Shown: positions 53,227-61,674, counted from the stretch's first letter. The stretch: 64,000 bases of DNA from Aulosira sp. ZfuVER01 (GCA_034530615.2 JAVRCV020000032.1:128001-192000), one strand, 5' to 3'. Made by a program: numbers and translations. Notes: a model not told the origin generated them from the sequence alone.

Positions 53227-53327
53227 TGGTCGCAGCGGCGAGAGTTGTAGACGCGGAGCGGCTTCCCGAAGGGTACTCGCATAATCTCGGTTATGAGCCG
53301 AGTACCTTGCCGTTAGGTTACACTGCA
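53227..53327 (-). tRNA. tRNA-CAU (Met or Ile2) interrupted in the T-loop by a 26-nt insertion; possible pseudogene
   Basis: CUCGG-CUCAUAA-CCGAG anticodon arm, CCA; T stem GCGAG/CUCGC encloses the insert. Confidence 0.78.
53248..53275. mobile_element. Small dispersed repeat with TA duplication
   Basis: TA-GACGCGGAGCGGCTTCCCGAAGGG-TA. Confidence 0.75.
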
Positions 53328-53332
53328 ACGTT

Positions 53333-53407
53333 TGGAGTCCGAGGTGGGAATTGAACCCACGATGATTGATTTTGCAGACCAACGCCTTTCCACTTGGCTA
53401 CTCGGAC
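53333..53407 (-). tRNA. trnC: tRNA-Cys(GCA)
   Basis: Anticodon GCA, U73, CCA. Confidence 0.92.
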
Positions 53408-53412
53408 ATTTT

Positions 53413-53489
53413 TGGAAGCCTCGACGGGAGTTGCACCCGCTTCTCTCTGACTGAGAATCAGAGCGACTTTTCTATTCGTCCACAAGGCT
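53413..53489 (-). tRNA. trnE: tRNA-Glu(CUC), atypical T-loop
   Basis: Anticodon CUC; T-loop UGCAACU; U73; CCA. Confidence 0.78.
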
Positions 53490-53492
53490 ACA

Positions 53493-53568
53493 CGGGGATG
53501 ATGGGATTTGAACCCACGTTCTTTCGCTCGACAGGCGACTGCTTTTAACCGGACTAAGCTACACCCCC
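53493..53568 (-). tRNA. trnD: tRNA-Asp(GUC)
   Basis: Anticodon GUC, G73. Confidence 0.9.
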
Positions 53569-53583
53569 ACGTTGGGTGGCAAT

Positions 53584-53602
53584 TATTCAGTTTTCAAGGT
53601 TC
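53584..53602 (-). promoter_or_regulatory. rRNA-type boxA antitermination element
   Basis: Minus strand GAACCTTGAAAACTGAATA in the array leader. Confidence 0.7.
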
Positions 53603-53644
53603 AGAGGTGTTAGCGCTGTGCCTTTTGCAGAGGCTCTTTTGCTT

Positions 53645-53695
53645 CACTACATGTATACTACATATATACTACAAAACTGTCAAGGGCATACTACA
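53645..53695 (-). promoter_or_regulatory. tRNA array promoter with repeated operator boxes (TrcR-type)
   Basis: -35 TTGACA (53683-53678), 17 bp, -10 TAGTAT (53660-53655); TGTAGTAT x3 plus TGTAGTG. Confidence 0.85.
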
Positions 53696-53771
53696 ATTTT
53701 TTTTTAGAAGTGAGAGGACAGGATTATGTAATCGTTGTATTGCCCTCTCTGACTGGCTTTAGGGGAGTGAA

Positions 53772-54308
53772 TTACTCATTCTCGGTTAGGCGTTGTGCAT
53801 TCCAAAACTGTTCGGCAAATGCAACCGCTGGGTGGATTGGCGCTTTAGGCTTGGTTTTGAGTACCATTCCTGCTTCATGTAGAAGGCGATCGCTCTTAGT
53901 TGAGTTGCACTTGTCACACGCTGTTACAACGTTGTCCCAGGTATGCTGTCCACCTTTGGAACGCGGAATCACGTGGTCGAGGGTGAGACGTTTTGTGCTA
54001 CCGCAGTATTGGCAGGTATGGTTATCGCGCTTGAGTACTTCACGACGGTTGACAGGCGGTACTTTCCAATGACGTTCGGGATTGCCAACAGTTAGACGGA
54101 TGTGTTCGGGAACTTGTAGTACGATGCTGGGAGAGCGAACTTCCCAAAGCTTGGTGCTGCCGAACTCCAACGACTCTGCTTGACCTGTAACTAACAGCAC
54201 AACAGCTCGTTTAATGTTGATGCGTGCTAATGGTAGGTAGTTTTTGGAGAACACTACCACCGAATTTTGTAATATCTGTGGTTCCTGAGTTTGTGGTTGA
54301 GCTTGCAT
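53772..54308 (-). CDS. HNH endonuclease
   Basis: RDNHTCQYCG, TLDHVIP.SKGG..TWDNVV.AC..CN..K; RBS GAGGAG. Confidence 0.93.
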   Translation of the reverse strand: MQAQPQTQEPQILQNSVVVFSKNYLPLARINIKRAVVLLVTGQAESLEFGSTKLWEVRSPSIVLQVPEHIRLTVGNPERHWKVPPVNRREVLKRDNHTCQYCGSTKRLTLDHVIPRSKGGQHTWDNVVTACDKCNSTKSDRLLHEAGMVLKTKPKAPIHPAVAFAEQFWNAQRLTENE

Positions 54309-54325
54309 ACCTTAATTCACTCCTC

Positions 54326-54365
54326 AAAAAACAACCCCCACCTCTGATTACCAGAAGCGGGGGTT
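54326..54365 (-). terminator. Intrinsic terminator (attenuator) directly before the HNH RBS
   Basis: AACCCCCGCUUCUG-GUAAU-CAGAGGUGGGGGUU-G-UUUUUU. Confidence 0.8.
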
Positions 54366-54386
54366 AAGTAGTTGATACTTCTTGCC

Positions 54387-54605
54387 TTATATCGGTGCTA
54401 GAGAACACTTGCACCTCCCGCTGTGGATAAGTCGATCTGGATTCAGCCATCCACCAATTGCTCCAAAAATGTCAACAATTGCAGATTTACCACTGTGAAA
54501 CTGATATGTCTCCTCAAATGCCAATAGCACAATTGCACTGCCCGAACCCTTGCTGGGTCGGCAATGTATCGCACTGCGTAAGGTTGAGGAAAATCTGAGT
54601 CTCAT
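54387..54605 (-). CDS. Putative leader peptide (uORF) of the HNH gene
   Basis: 72-aa ORF between promoter and terminator; its last codons carry the antiterminator strand. Confidence 0.5.
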   Translation of the reverse strand: MRLRFSSTLRSAIHCRPSKGSGSAIVLLAFEETYQFHSGKSAIVDIFGAIGGWLNPDRLIHSGRCKCSLAPI

Positions 54606-54612
54606 CGAATTT

Positions 54613-54667
54613 TGTAGTATTTGTAATCGGATAAATTAATAATACAGTTGTAGTATATATTTGTCTA
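54613..54667 (-). promoter_or_regulatory. HNH promoter with two TGTAGTAT operator boxes
   Basis: -35 TAGACA, 17 bp, -10 TATTAT; boxes at 54613-54620 and 54649-54656. Confidence 0.7.
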
Positions 54668-54810
54668 TTTTTCAATAGTGCTTTAGCTAAACGCTTCCAT
54701 AGCATTGGAGCGATTGCCCGTTTGAGAAGATGGAGAAATTGTCGAGGCGATCGCATCTCCCAAGCTTCTGCTTACACAGGTGCGTCTTGATTGGAGGCTC
54801 ACATTATTAC

Positions 54811-56409
54811 TTAATGACCAATAGGTGCTTTGGCTCCAGCGCCTCCCTTACCAAGAAACAGCAGTAATGGTAGTGAGCAGAGAAAAATAATGCCAACAAA
54901 GCGAAAAATGTCTGCGTAGGAGAGAACGGCAGCTTGGGTACTGACCAATTGGGAGAGCGAAGCGATAGCTTGTTGTTGTGCAGTTGTTGGATCGGCACCG
55001 CGACTTTGGAATAGTCCTGTCAGATCGTTAAGCCTCTGACTCGTTTCTGGATCGTAAGGCGTTAACTTTGCCAACAAAATTGCTCGATGAAAAGCCTCTC
55101 GTTGAGCCAGTAAAGTCGTCAAAATGGCAATGCCAATGCTACCGCCCAATTGACGGGTTAAATTATAGAAGCCAGATCCAGCCGATACGTCTTGTTTGGG
55201 GATAGAACCTAATGTTGCCAAACTTAAAGGCAGAAACATCAAAACCGTGGTTGCACCCCGCCAGACCAGCGGCCAAAATAAGTCATCAGTTCCGGTTTGG
55301 GGCGTAATTTTTGCCAGATCAAACATGACTGTTGTGGTGCCAACGGCTCCTAGCCCAATTAAAATCCGCGCATCTATCTTAGTCGAGATTTTGCCCAGTA
55401 AAACCATCATGATGGCGGATGCTAAGGCTCCCGGAGCAAGTAACCATCCAGTTTGTGTGGCTGAAAAGCCCAGCACACCTTGAGCAAATAGCGGTACGGC
55501 AAACAAAGCTCCGTATAGTCCCATGCCTAAAATACCAGAGTAAACGCTACCGGCGGACAGAGATTTATAACGCAGAACTCGTAAGTCAACTGCTGGTGCT
55601 TTCGTGCTGAGTTCTCGCCAGATAAACAGAATTAGGCTAATAGCTGCCATGAGGGCTAGTGTTGTAATGAAACCCGATTCAAACCAGCCGTCTTTTTCTC
55701 CTTCTTCCAAAAAACCCTGCAAACTACCCACCGTAATACACAGCAATATAATTCCTGCCCAGTCTACTGTCTTCTGACTCTGGGAGTGTTGCTTTACATC
55801 GGGTCTAAGGAACACAAGCGCCATAATTACGGCGACAATGCCAACAGGCAAGTTAATAAAGAAGATCCAGCGCCAGCCTAATGTATCAGTTAGATAGCCG
55901 CCCAGAGTCGGGCCAATCGCCGGACCCGCAATTACTCCTACCCCAAACACCGACTGTGCCATCCCCTGTTCGGCTGGGGGAAAGGTCTCGAACAAAATCG
56001 CTTGCCCTTTGGCTAGTAGTCCACCGCCGCATAAGCCCTGAATAATCCGAGCCACCACCAGCATCGGTAGGTTAATCGCTAGACCACATAACACCGAAGC
56101 AGCTGTGAACCCGATCAGAGAAAAGACAAAGTAGGTTTTTTTACCGAAAAAGTCGCCCAACCAAGCAGAAAGCGGAATCAGGACAACGTTAGCGATCGCA
56201 TAACCGGTGACCACCCAACCAATCTCGGTCACAGTTGCCCCTAAAGTTGCCTGCATATCCGTCAAAGCAACGTTCACAATGCTGGTATCAATAACTTCAA
56301 GAATGGCTCCTAAAGCAGCTGTCATCGCGATCGCCCATTTGAGCGGTCCTTGGATGTACCCGGCCTTGTCATAGGTAGATTGTGACGAGGGATGATTAGT
56401 AGTTGACAT
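54811..56409 (-). CDS. emrB: DHA2 family MFS efflux permease (EmrB-like)
   Basis: DTSIVNVAL, WVVTGY, GPAIGPTLGG, WRWIFFINLPVG. Confidence 0.9.
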   Translation of the reverse strand: MSTTNHPSSQSTYDKAGYIQGPLKWAIAMTAALGAILEVIDTSIVNVALTDMQATLGATVTEIGWVVTGYAIANVVLIPLSAWLGDFFGKKTYFVFSLIGFTAASVLCGLAINLPMLVVARIIQGLCGGGLLAKGQAILFETFPPAEQGMAQSVFGVGVIAGPAIGPTLGGYLTDTLGWRWIFFINLPVGIVAVIMALVFLRPDVKQHSQSQKTVDWAGIILLCITVGSLQGFLEEGEKDGWFESGFITTLALMAAISLILFIWRELSTKAPAVDLRVLRYKSLSAGSVYSGILGMGLYGALFAVPLFAQGVLGFSATQTGWLLAPGALASAIMMVLLGKISTKIDARILIGLGAVGTTTVMFDLAKITPQTGTDDLFWPLVWRGATTVLMFLPLSLATLGSIPKQDVSAGSGFYNLTRQLGGSIGIAILTTLLAQREAFHRAILLAKLTPYDPETSQRLNDLTGLFQSRGADPTTAQQQAIASLSQLVSTQAAVLSYADIFRFVGIIFLCSLPLLLFLGKGGAGAKAPIGH

Positions 56410-56444
56410 CGTAAATTTAGAATACTTCTCAAGAAATAACGGGA

Positions 56445-57890
56445 TTAATGACCCATCTGGGTTGATGCAGACTTTACCCCTGTGGTCGTATCGACTGTGA
56501 CCTTAACGCTTAATCCTGGTCTAAGCTTATGTTGCAAGTCGGTGTCGGGGTCAAACACAAGTCGAACCGGAACCCATTGCACAACTTTGTTGAAGTTGCC
56601 GGTGGCATTATCAGGTGGAATCAGAGCAAAACTGGAACCGGTAGCTGGACTAATACCGGCAATCGCGGCGGAGAAAGTTTCACCAGGATAAGCATCAACT
56701 TCAATCTCAGCTTTCTCACCAATTCGCAACTTGCCTAATGCCGTTTCTCGAAAGTTGGCATCCACATAAACCTCATCAGTTGCTAGCGGTACCACGGATA
56801 ACAAAGGCTGTGCAGCTTGGATTTTTTGACCTACCTGAGCAGTCAGTTGTCCTACATAGCCATTAATCGGTGCTTTGATCGTCGTGTAGGTTATTTGCTT
56901 GCGGGCAAGTTCCAGTGCCGCTTGTGCCTGTTCGACTTGCGCCTGCGCCTGCTGCTGCTGGTCTTTTTGCGTAGCGATCGTTTGTCCAGAAACTTTTGTT
57001 TCGGTAACTTGGCCTCTAGCCGCTTCAACCTCTGCTCTTGCAGTTTGCAGTTGCGCCTGAGCGTTTCTCACCTCTGCTTCGGACTGAGCCACGGTTTTAT
57101 TCGCCCCTCTCAGTTGTGCGATCGCATTCTCATAGGTAGCCCGTGCAGTATCTAACTGTTGTGCGGAAATTGCCCCTTCTTTGTAAAGCAATTGATAGCG
57201 ACGGAAATCAGCTTGTGTCTTGCGAACAGCAGTTTGTGCCTGCGCTACGTCAGCTTGATTGGTTTCAACTTTTGCTAGAGCTTGATTCACATTCGCCTGC
57301 GCTGCCCTCACACTAGCTTCTTTTGCTGCCAGATTAGACTGGGCTTGTTGCACTAGTGTGGGATTCGTCTGGCTGGTAACACTCACAGTATCTTTAGCCG
57401 CTCTCAACTGAGCTTGAGATGCTGCCAGATTTGCTTGTGCTTGTTGCAATTTCAGCTGCAAATCCTCGTCTTCTAGAACCAGCAAAGTTTGCCCCGCTTG
57501 GACGCGATCGCCATCATTGACCAACACTTTTTGTACTGTTGCCGGAACTTTGGCAGAGATTGGGGAGAGATGCCCTTTGATCTGGGCATTGTCAGTAGAA
57601 ACACGAGTGCTTTGAAATTGCCACCACTGTAATCCAAAAATAGAACTAGTCCCTATGACAATCGCGCCAATTACAAGCAGCAATCCCCGACGTTTCTTCT
57701 TCGTGCCTGTTTTTGGTTGTGGTGTTTCGTTTTCTCGATCGTCAAGGTCATTTTTTGGCTGTGTATCAACTGTTTTGGTGTAACCATTTAGTGGCTCGTC
57801 TTGATGTTCCGACTCTTCCAAATTGCTCAAATCCTGAATCTCAATAACATCTGGTTCGGTGGTCTGACTCTCTATTTGAGGTCGCTTCAT
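56445..57890 (-). CDS. emrA: HlyD/EmrA family membrane fusion protein
   Basis: STDNAQ, coiled coil, PPDNATGNFNKVVQ.VPV. Confidence 0.9.
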   Translation of the reverse strand: MKRPQIESQTTEPDVIEIQDLSNLEESEHQDEPLNGYTKTVDTQPKNDLDDRENETPQPKTGTKKKRRGLLLVIGAIVIGTSSIFGLQWWQFQSTRVSTDNAQIKGHLSPISAKVPATVQKVLVNDGDRVQAGQTLLVLEDEDLQLKLQQAQANLAASQAQLRAAKDTVSVTSQTNPTLVQQAQSNLAAKEASVRAAQANVNQALAKVETNQADVAQAQTAVRKTQADFRRYQLLYKEGAISAQQLDTARATYENAIAQLRGANKTVAQSEAEVRNAQAQLQTARAEVEAARGQVTETKVSGQTIATQKDQQQQAQAQVEQAQAALELARKQITYTTIKAPINGYVGQLTAQVGQKIQAAQPLLSVVPLATDEVYVDANFRETALGKLRIGEKAEIEVDAYPGETFSAAIAGISPATGSSFALIPPDNATGNFNKVVQWVPVRLVFDPDTDLQHKLRPGLSVKVTVDTTTGVKSASTQMGH

Positions 57891-57936
57891 TTGTGTCTCT
57901 ACTTCTATAAAATTGCAACTGGTGAGAGTGCTTCAA

Positions 57937-58587
57937 TCAATTTTCAGGAACATATCCAAGAGACGAAATCTGACTGACAGAGGACTTGGCTGTGCTAACC
58001 CCCCGCACAAATAAATCCACACATCCTTCCATGTATCTTTTACGGCTATAGCCCCGCTCAAGCAGGGAAACATGGCGGCGAATCATTCCAGCCAGTAGCA
58101 TTCCCGTCAATTGATCCACTGCCATCGGCAATTCAACATCAGGACGAATAATGCCCCGTTCCACACAGGTTTGCAGATAGGAAATTAGTTTTTGACGTAG
58201 CGGTAAAAATGATTGCTGAAGTACCTCTATTGCTTCTGTCGGATGCCGTTGAGCTTCCCCAATAAACATCCGAAATAAGGCTTCATATTCCTCCAGCATC
58301 TCGTCGTGGAGCTGTGCATAATGTAGAAGGTCGCGGCGGAGGTCATACGTCCACTCATCTGGATGGGTGAATGCTTCTGTTCGCAGTGCTGTAATATGCT
58401 GTGCAACCGCACTCAGAAGCTGCTCTTTGCTTTGAAAGTGGCGAAATAAAGTAACTTCAGTCACATCTGCAACGCGAGCAATTTCCCGGGTTGACGCTCC
58501 AACGTAACCTTTGGTGGAAAATACTTCAATTGCAGCTTTTAACAGGCGATCGCGGGTTTTTGTTGCGCCTCTACTTGTTTGACTCAT
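57937..58587 (-). CDS. TetR/AcrR family regulator
   Basis: HTH: A..VF...GY..ASTREIA..A.V.E.TLFRHF.SKE. Confidence 0.92.
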   Translation of the reverse strand: MSQTSRGATKTRDRLLKAAIEVFSTKGYVGASTREIARVADVTEVTLFRHFQSKEQLLSAVAQHITALRTEAFTHPDEWTYDLRRDLLHYAQLHDEMLEEYEALFRMFIGEAQRHPTEAIEVLQQSFLPLRQKLISYLQTCVERGIIRPDVELPMAVDQLTGMLLAGMIRRHVSLLERGYSRKRYMEGCVDLFVRGVSTAKSSVSQISSLGYVPEN

Positions 58588-58595
58588 AGCAATTA

Positions 58596-58615
58596 ATGTA
58601 AGCACTTACTTACAT
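58596..58615. promoter_or_regulatory. Putative TetR operator
   Basis: Palindrome ATGTAAG-N6-CTTACAT just upstream of the tetR start. Confidence 0.6.
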
Positions 58616-58860
58616 ATTGTAGATGAACGAGCTATGATGGCTTGAGTACAAAGACGGATTTTTTTAATGCGTGCGGTTTTGCATCTAGTGGTAGTGTTAC
58701 GGAATCTGCAATTTATAAACTAAACGGTTTAGTTTGTACACTGAAGTTTGCAAATCCAGTTTCGCTAAGTCCGCAACAAATCTACTAAAACCCTGATGAT
58801 TGCGTTATACAACTGTTAGCCAAAGAAGAAATAAAATGGCGTGACTATGGGCATTAATAA

Positions 58861-60147
58861 CTATTGACTGTCCGGAAGAGTCTCAAGTAAGCTACCTGCA
58901 AATGCGATCGCCTCTTGTGGCGTTGAGATTTTTCCTTCAGCTTGCGCTATGGCAATTTCGGTAAGTAGTTTGCCAATCAATGGTGAAGGTGGGACTTTTA
59001 ATGCTATAATGATTTCCTTCCCACTCACGATTGGAGCGGGATGAGCGACCAGATCATCAGGGTTCAGGTAGCGGCCGATCAAAGGTGCGTAAACACTAAG
59101 TTGTTTATCGCCAGGCATCGCCCCTACCAGATTATCGCAAGCTAAGGCAAACGCTACAGCAGTACTAAATCCAGTGCCTGCTTCCTGAAAGAGAAAATAT
59201 TGTTCTCTCAAAGACATATTGGCTAGTTTTAGCCGGGGGATCAGTCTTAAAACTGTAGTTACAGATTGGATTTCAGCACGGCTGTAGGTGAGTTGCATTA
59301 GCTCTATTTCCGCAGCTTCGGGATCGGGGTGGACGAGACAAGTAAGTTTAGCAATACCTAAGCGAGTCGTTTTGATGGTATCGCGGATGTAATCTCGCAG
59401 TTCCACCCCCAAAGGCTGCCAATTTTTGGCGATGAAGGCGGCGGCGGTATCAACTGCTGCTAGTTTTTGAAAGCTTTCATCTGTGGCATTTTTCCAGAAA
59501 GGTGCAAGTACACCATCTTTCCACGCAGCTGCGATCGCAGGTGTACCTTCAGGAATTGCCAACAAATAGCCAATTTCTACTCGGACTCGTTCTGCGGCTA
59601 CTTTTATGATGTGTGATGCTAAAGAACGAATCGTTTCTTGGGTAGCTGGCTCAATCGTCAAACCAAGTTGGGCGGATTGGCGATAAGCTCGCAATAATCG
59701 TAAAGGATCGTCTTCTAAGTTGGCAGGTGATACCATGCGCAACACACCCTGTTGTAAGTCAGATAAGCCTTGCAGGGGATCGATGATTTCTTGGGTATAG
59801 GGATCGTAAGCGATCGCATTGACTGTAAAATCCCGTCTGTGCAAATCGGTTTCTAAACTGGCTCCTTCCTGTTGAGCAATGTCAACTGTAGCGTTGGGAA
59901 AGACTACCCGCGCAATTTGCCTTTCGGGATCGAGTAATACAAAACCTGCTTGATAATGTTGAGCGATCGCACGTGCTACTTTGACTGCATCCGTGGGGAT
60001 GACAAAATCTAAATCTAGGTATTCACGACTTCTACCTAAAAGCGCATCTCGGACTGCACCACCTACCATGTATGCAGGTTGTGGCAATAATGCCAGACTA
60101 AAGGGCCAAGTTTCGGGAGCTAAGGTAGAAGAAACTGAAGGATGCAT
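58861..60147 (-). CDS. tRNA nucleotidyltransferase (probably CC-adding)
   Basis: VGGAVRD..LG....DLD, DLHRRDFTVNA, DDPLRLLRAYR. Confidence 0.9.
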   Translation of the reverse strand: MHPSVSSTLAPETWPFSLALLPQPAYMVGGAVRDALLGRSREYLDLDFVIPTDAVKVARAIAQHYQAGFVLLDPERQIARVVFPNATVDIAQQEGASLETDLHRRDFTVNAIAYDPYTQEIIDPLQGLSDLQQGVLRMVSPANLEDDPLRLLRAYRQSAQLGLTIEPATQETIRSLASHIIKVAAERVRVEIGYLLAIPEGTPAIAAAWKDGVLAPFWKNATDESFQKLAAVDTAAAFIAKNWQPLGVELRDYIRDTIKTTRLGIAKLTCLVHPDPEAAEIELMQLTYSRAEIQSVTTVLRLIPRLKLANMSLREQYFLFQEAGTGFSTAVAFALACDNLVGAMPGDKQLSVYAPLIGRYLNPDDLVAHPAPIVSGKEIIIALKVPPSPLIGKLLTEIAIAQAEGKISTPQEAIAFAGSLLETLPDSQ

Positions 60148-60233
60148 TGTAATAAAAATCAACCCAGCAACTAATGAATATAAGTTTGCCTTAAGCTAGA
60201 TTAACAATAAAGGTTCCTGGAGTTGGTTCTATT

Positions 60234-60482
60234 ATGTGTATTTGCGTGAACTGCCACTATGTAGACCGCTGTTTAACCTATAACGCCGTAGAAACGCAGC
60301 ATCAACAGCCCCATTTGACTGAAACGCCTGATTTTGACCCGAATGAACCTTCAATCAATGTTAACATCCGCACTAAAGGAGAAATCATTGAGATGGAATG
60401 GGATGTAGTCGGTTGTCTCAGCTTTAAGCGAGAAACTGGTAAGTGGGCGAAGTTGCGTCCAGGTGAATTAGTGCCAACCTGA
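60234..60482 (+). CDS. ycf34: Ycf34 family protein
   Basis: MCICVNC..V.RC.TY, EWDVVGC.SF. Confidence 0.93.
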   Translation: MCICVNCHYVDRCLTYNAVETQHQQPHLTETPDFDPNEPSINVNIRTKGEIIEMEWDVVGCLSFKRETGKWAKLRPGELVPT

Positions 60483-60519
60483 GATTATGAGTTATGAGTT
60501 TTGCAAGGCGGGTGATTTG

Positions 60520-60558
60520 GAAAAACAAGATACCCGACTTCTTTGAAAAGTCGGGTAT
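60520..60558. repeat. Intergenic palindrome
   Basis: ATACCCGACTT-CTTTGAA-AAGTCGGGTAT. Confidence 0.6.
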
Positions 60559-60669
60559 GTAACTTTTGTCATTCTCACAAATCAGATAAGATTGCTACAT
60601 TCATAAGTTATTGACTTTTAAATACTTTTGTTTCTAAAGTTAGAAAGCTCATAAATATTTGAATTAATT

Positions 60670-61326
60670 TTGACTACTGAACTTCAAAATCTTGCAGTTA
60701 CACAATATAGTTTGGCACTGCACACTACAACGCCTGAATTAGGTTTGGCAATTAATAACTTTGCAGGTGACTCTCGCGCTCAGGTATGGAATTTAGGGCG
60801 CGATCTGTCTAGTCTAGTACATCAATACTTAATTGAATTTATCCAGCCACAAACGTGGTCAGATATAGCATTTCTGGCGGTAGCCAAAGGGCCTGGTGGC
60901 TTTACAGGAACGAGGATTGGCGTTGTTCTAGCTAGGACTTTAGGACAACAATTAGAGATTCCTGTATTTGCGATTTCCACTTTAGCCGCAGTGGCTTGGT
61001 CAGAAATAGGCAAAGGCCAAAAGACAGATGCGATCGCTATCCAAATGCCAGCTCAACGAGGTCAAGTTTTTGGTGCGATTTATCAACCTAGCCTTGATAA
61101 TTTAGGACTCACAGCTTTATTACCAGATACTGTATTGACGCCAGAAGCATGGCAGGAAACTCTAGCAACTTGGCAGACAACTTACCAACTAATTGAAGCA
61201 AAATCTGCATTAGCGGCGACGGTAACAAGTATTTTGGAACTAGCTTATTTAGATTGGCAACAAGGCAAGCGTCCTCATTGGTCTGAGGCTTTACCTTATT
61301 ATGGGCAGCATCCAGTAGAAGTTTGA
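60670..61326 (+). CDS. tsaB: tRNA threonylcarbamoyladenosine biosynthesis protein TsaB
   Basis: LALHTT, AVAKGPGGFTGTRIG, ALPYYG. Confidence 0.92.
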   Translation: MTTELQNLAVTQYSLALHTTTPELGLAINNFAGDSRAQVWNLGRDLSSLVHQYLIEFIQPQTWSDIAFLAVAKGPGGFTGTRIGVVLARTLGQQLEIPVFAISTLAAVAWSEIGKGQKTDAIAIQMPAQRGQVFGAIYQPSLDNLGLTALLPDTVLTPEAWQETLATWQTTYQLIEAKSALAATVTSILELAYLDWQQGKRPHWSEALPYYGQHPVEV

Positions 61327-61503
61327 TCGGTAATTAGATATCAGAACACCAAGAACGAACGCGATCGCACACAACTTTTCAACTGGACACATCTCACCCC
61401 AATTAAAAAAAAGAATGCGACAGATGGGTTTGCAACAAGCCAGATACAGAGAGCAATTTTCAATCCAAAATCCAAAATCTAAAATCTAAAATCCAAAGTC
61501 GTC

Positions 61504-61674
61504 TCACCTCACGCCGGATGAATCTGAATAACCACTTGGGTAGTTTTGATCCTGTGGTAATTGACATTGAGCTACTATAGCCACAGTTAAGCCTAACGAC
61601 ATAATCAAAACACAATTTATGAAAAACTCTATATTAAAAAATTGGTGCAAAAACCACTTCATGTAAGTCATCAT
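61504..61674 (-). CDS. Small hydrophobic protein (56 aa, below ORF-track cutoff)
   Basis: Manual translation MMTYMKWFLHQFFNIEFFINCVLIMSLGLTVAIVAQCQLPQDQNYPSGYSDSSGVR. Confidence 0.4.
   Translation of the reverse strand: MMTYMKWFLHQFFNIEFFINCVLIMSLGLTVAIVAQCQLPQDQNYPSGYSDSSGVR

Noticed and set aside
51176..53762. Several ORFs over the tRNA array (e.g. 52239-52910, 223 aa)
   Set aside because: They are translations of tRNA genes and have no protein motifs
53772..54308. HNH as IscB/Cas9-like or intron homing endonuclease
   Set aside because: Only 178 aa, with no RuvC motifs and no intron or IS ends visible
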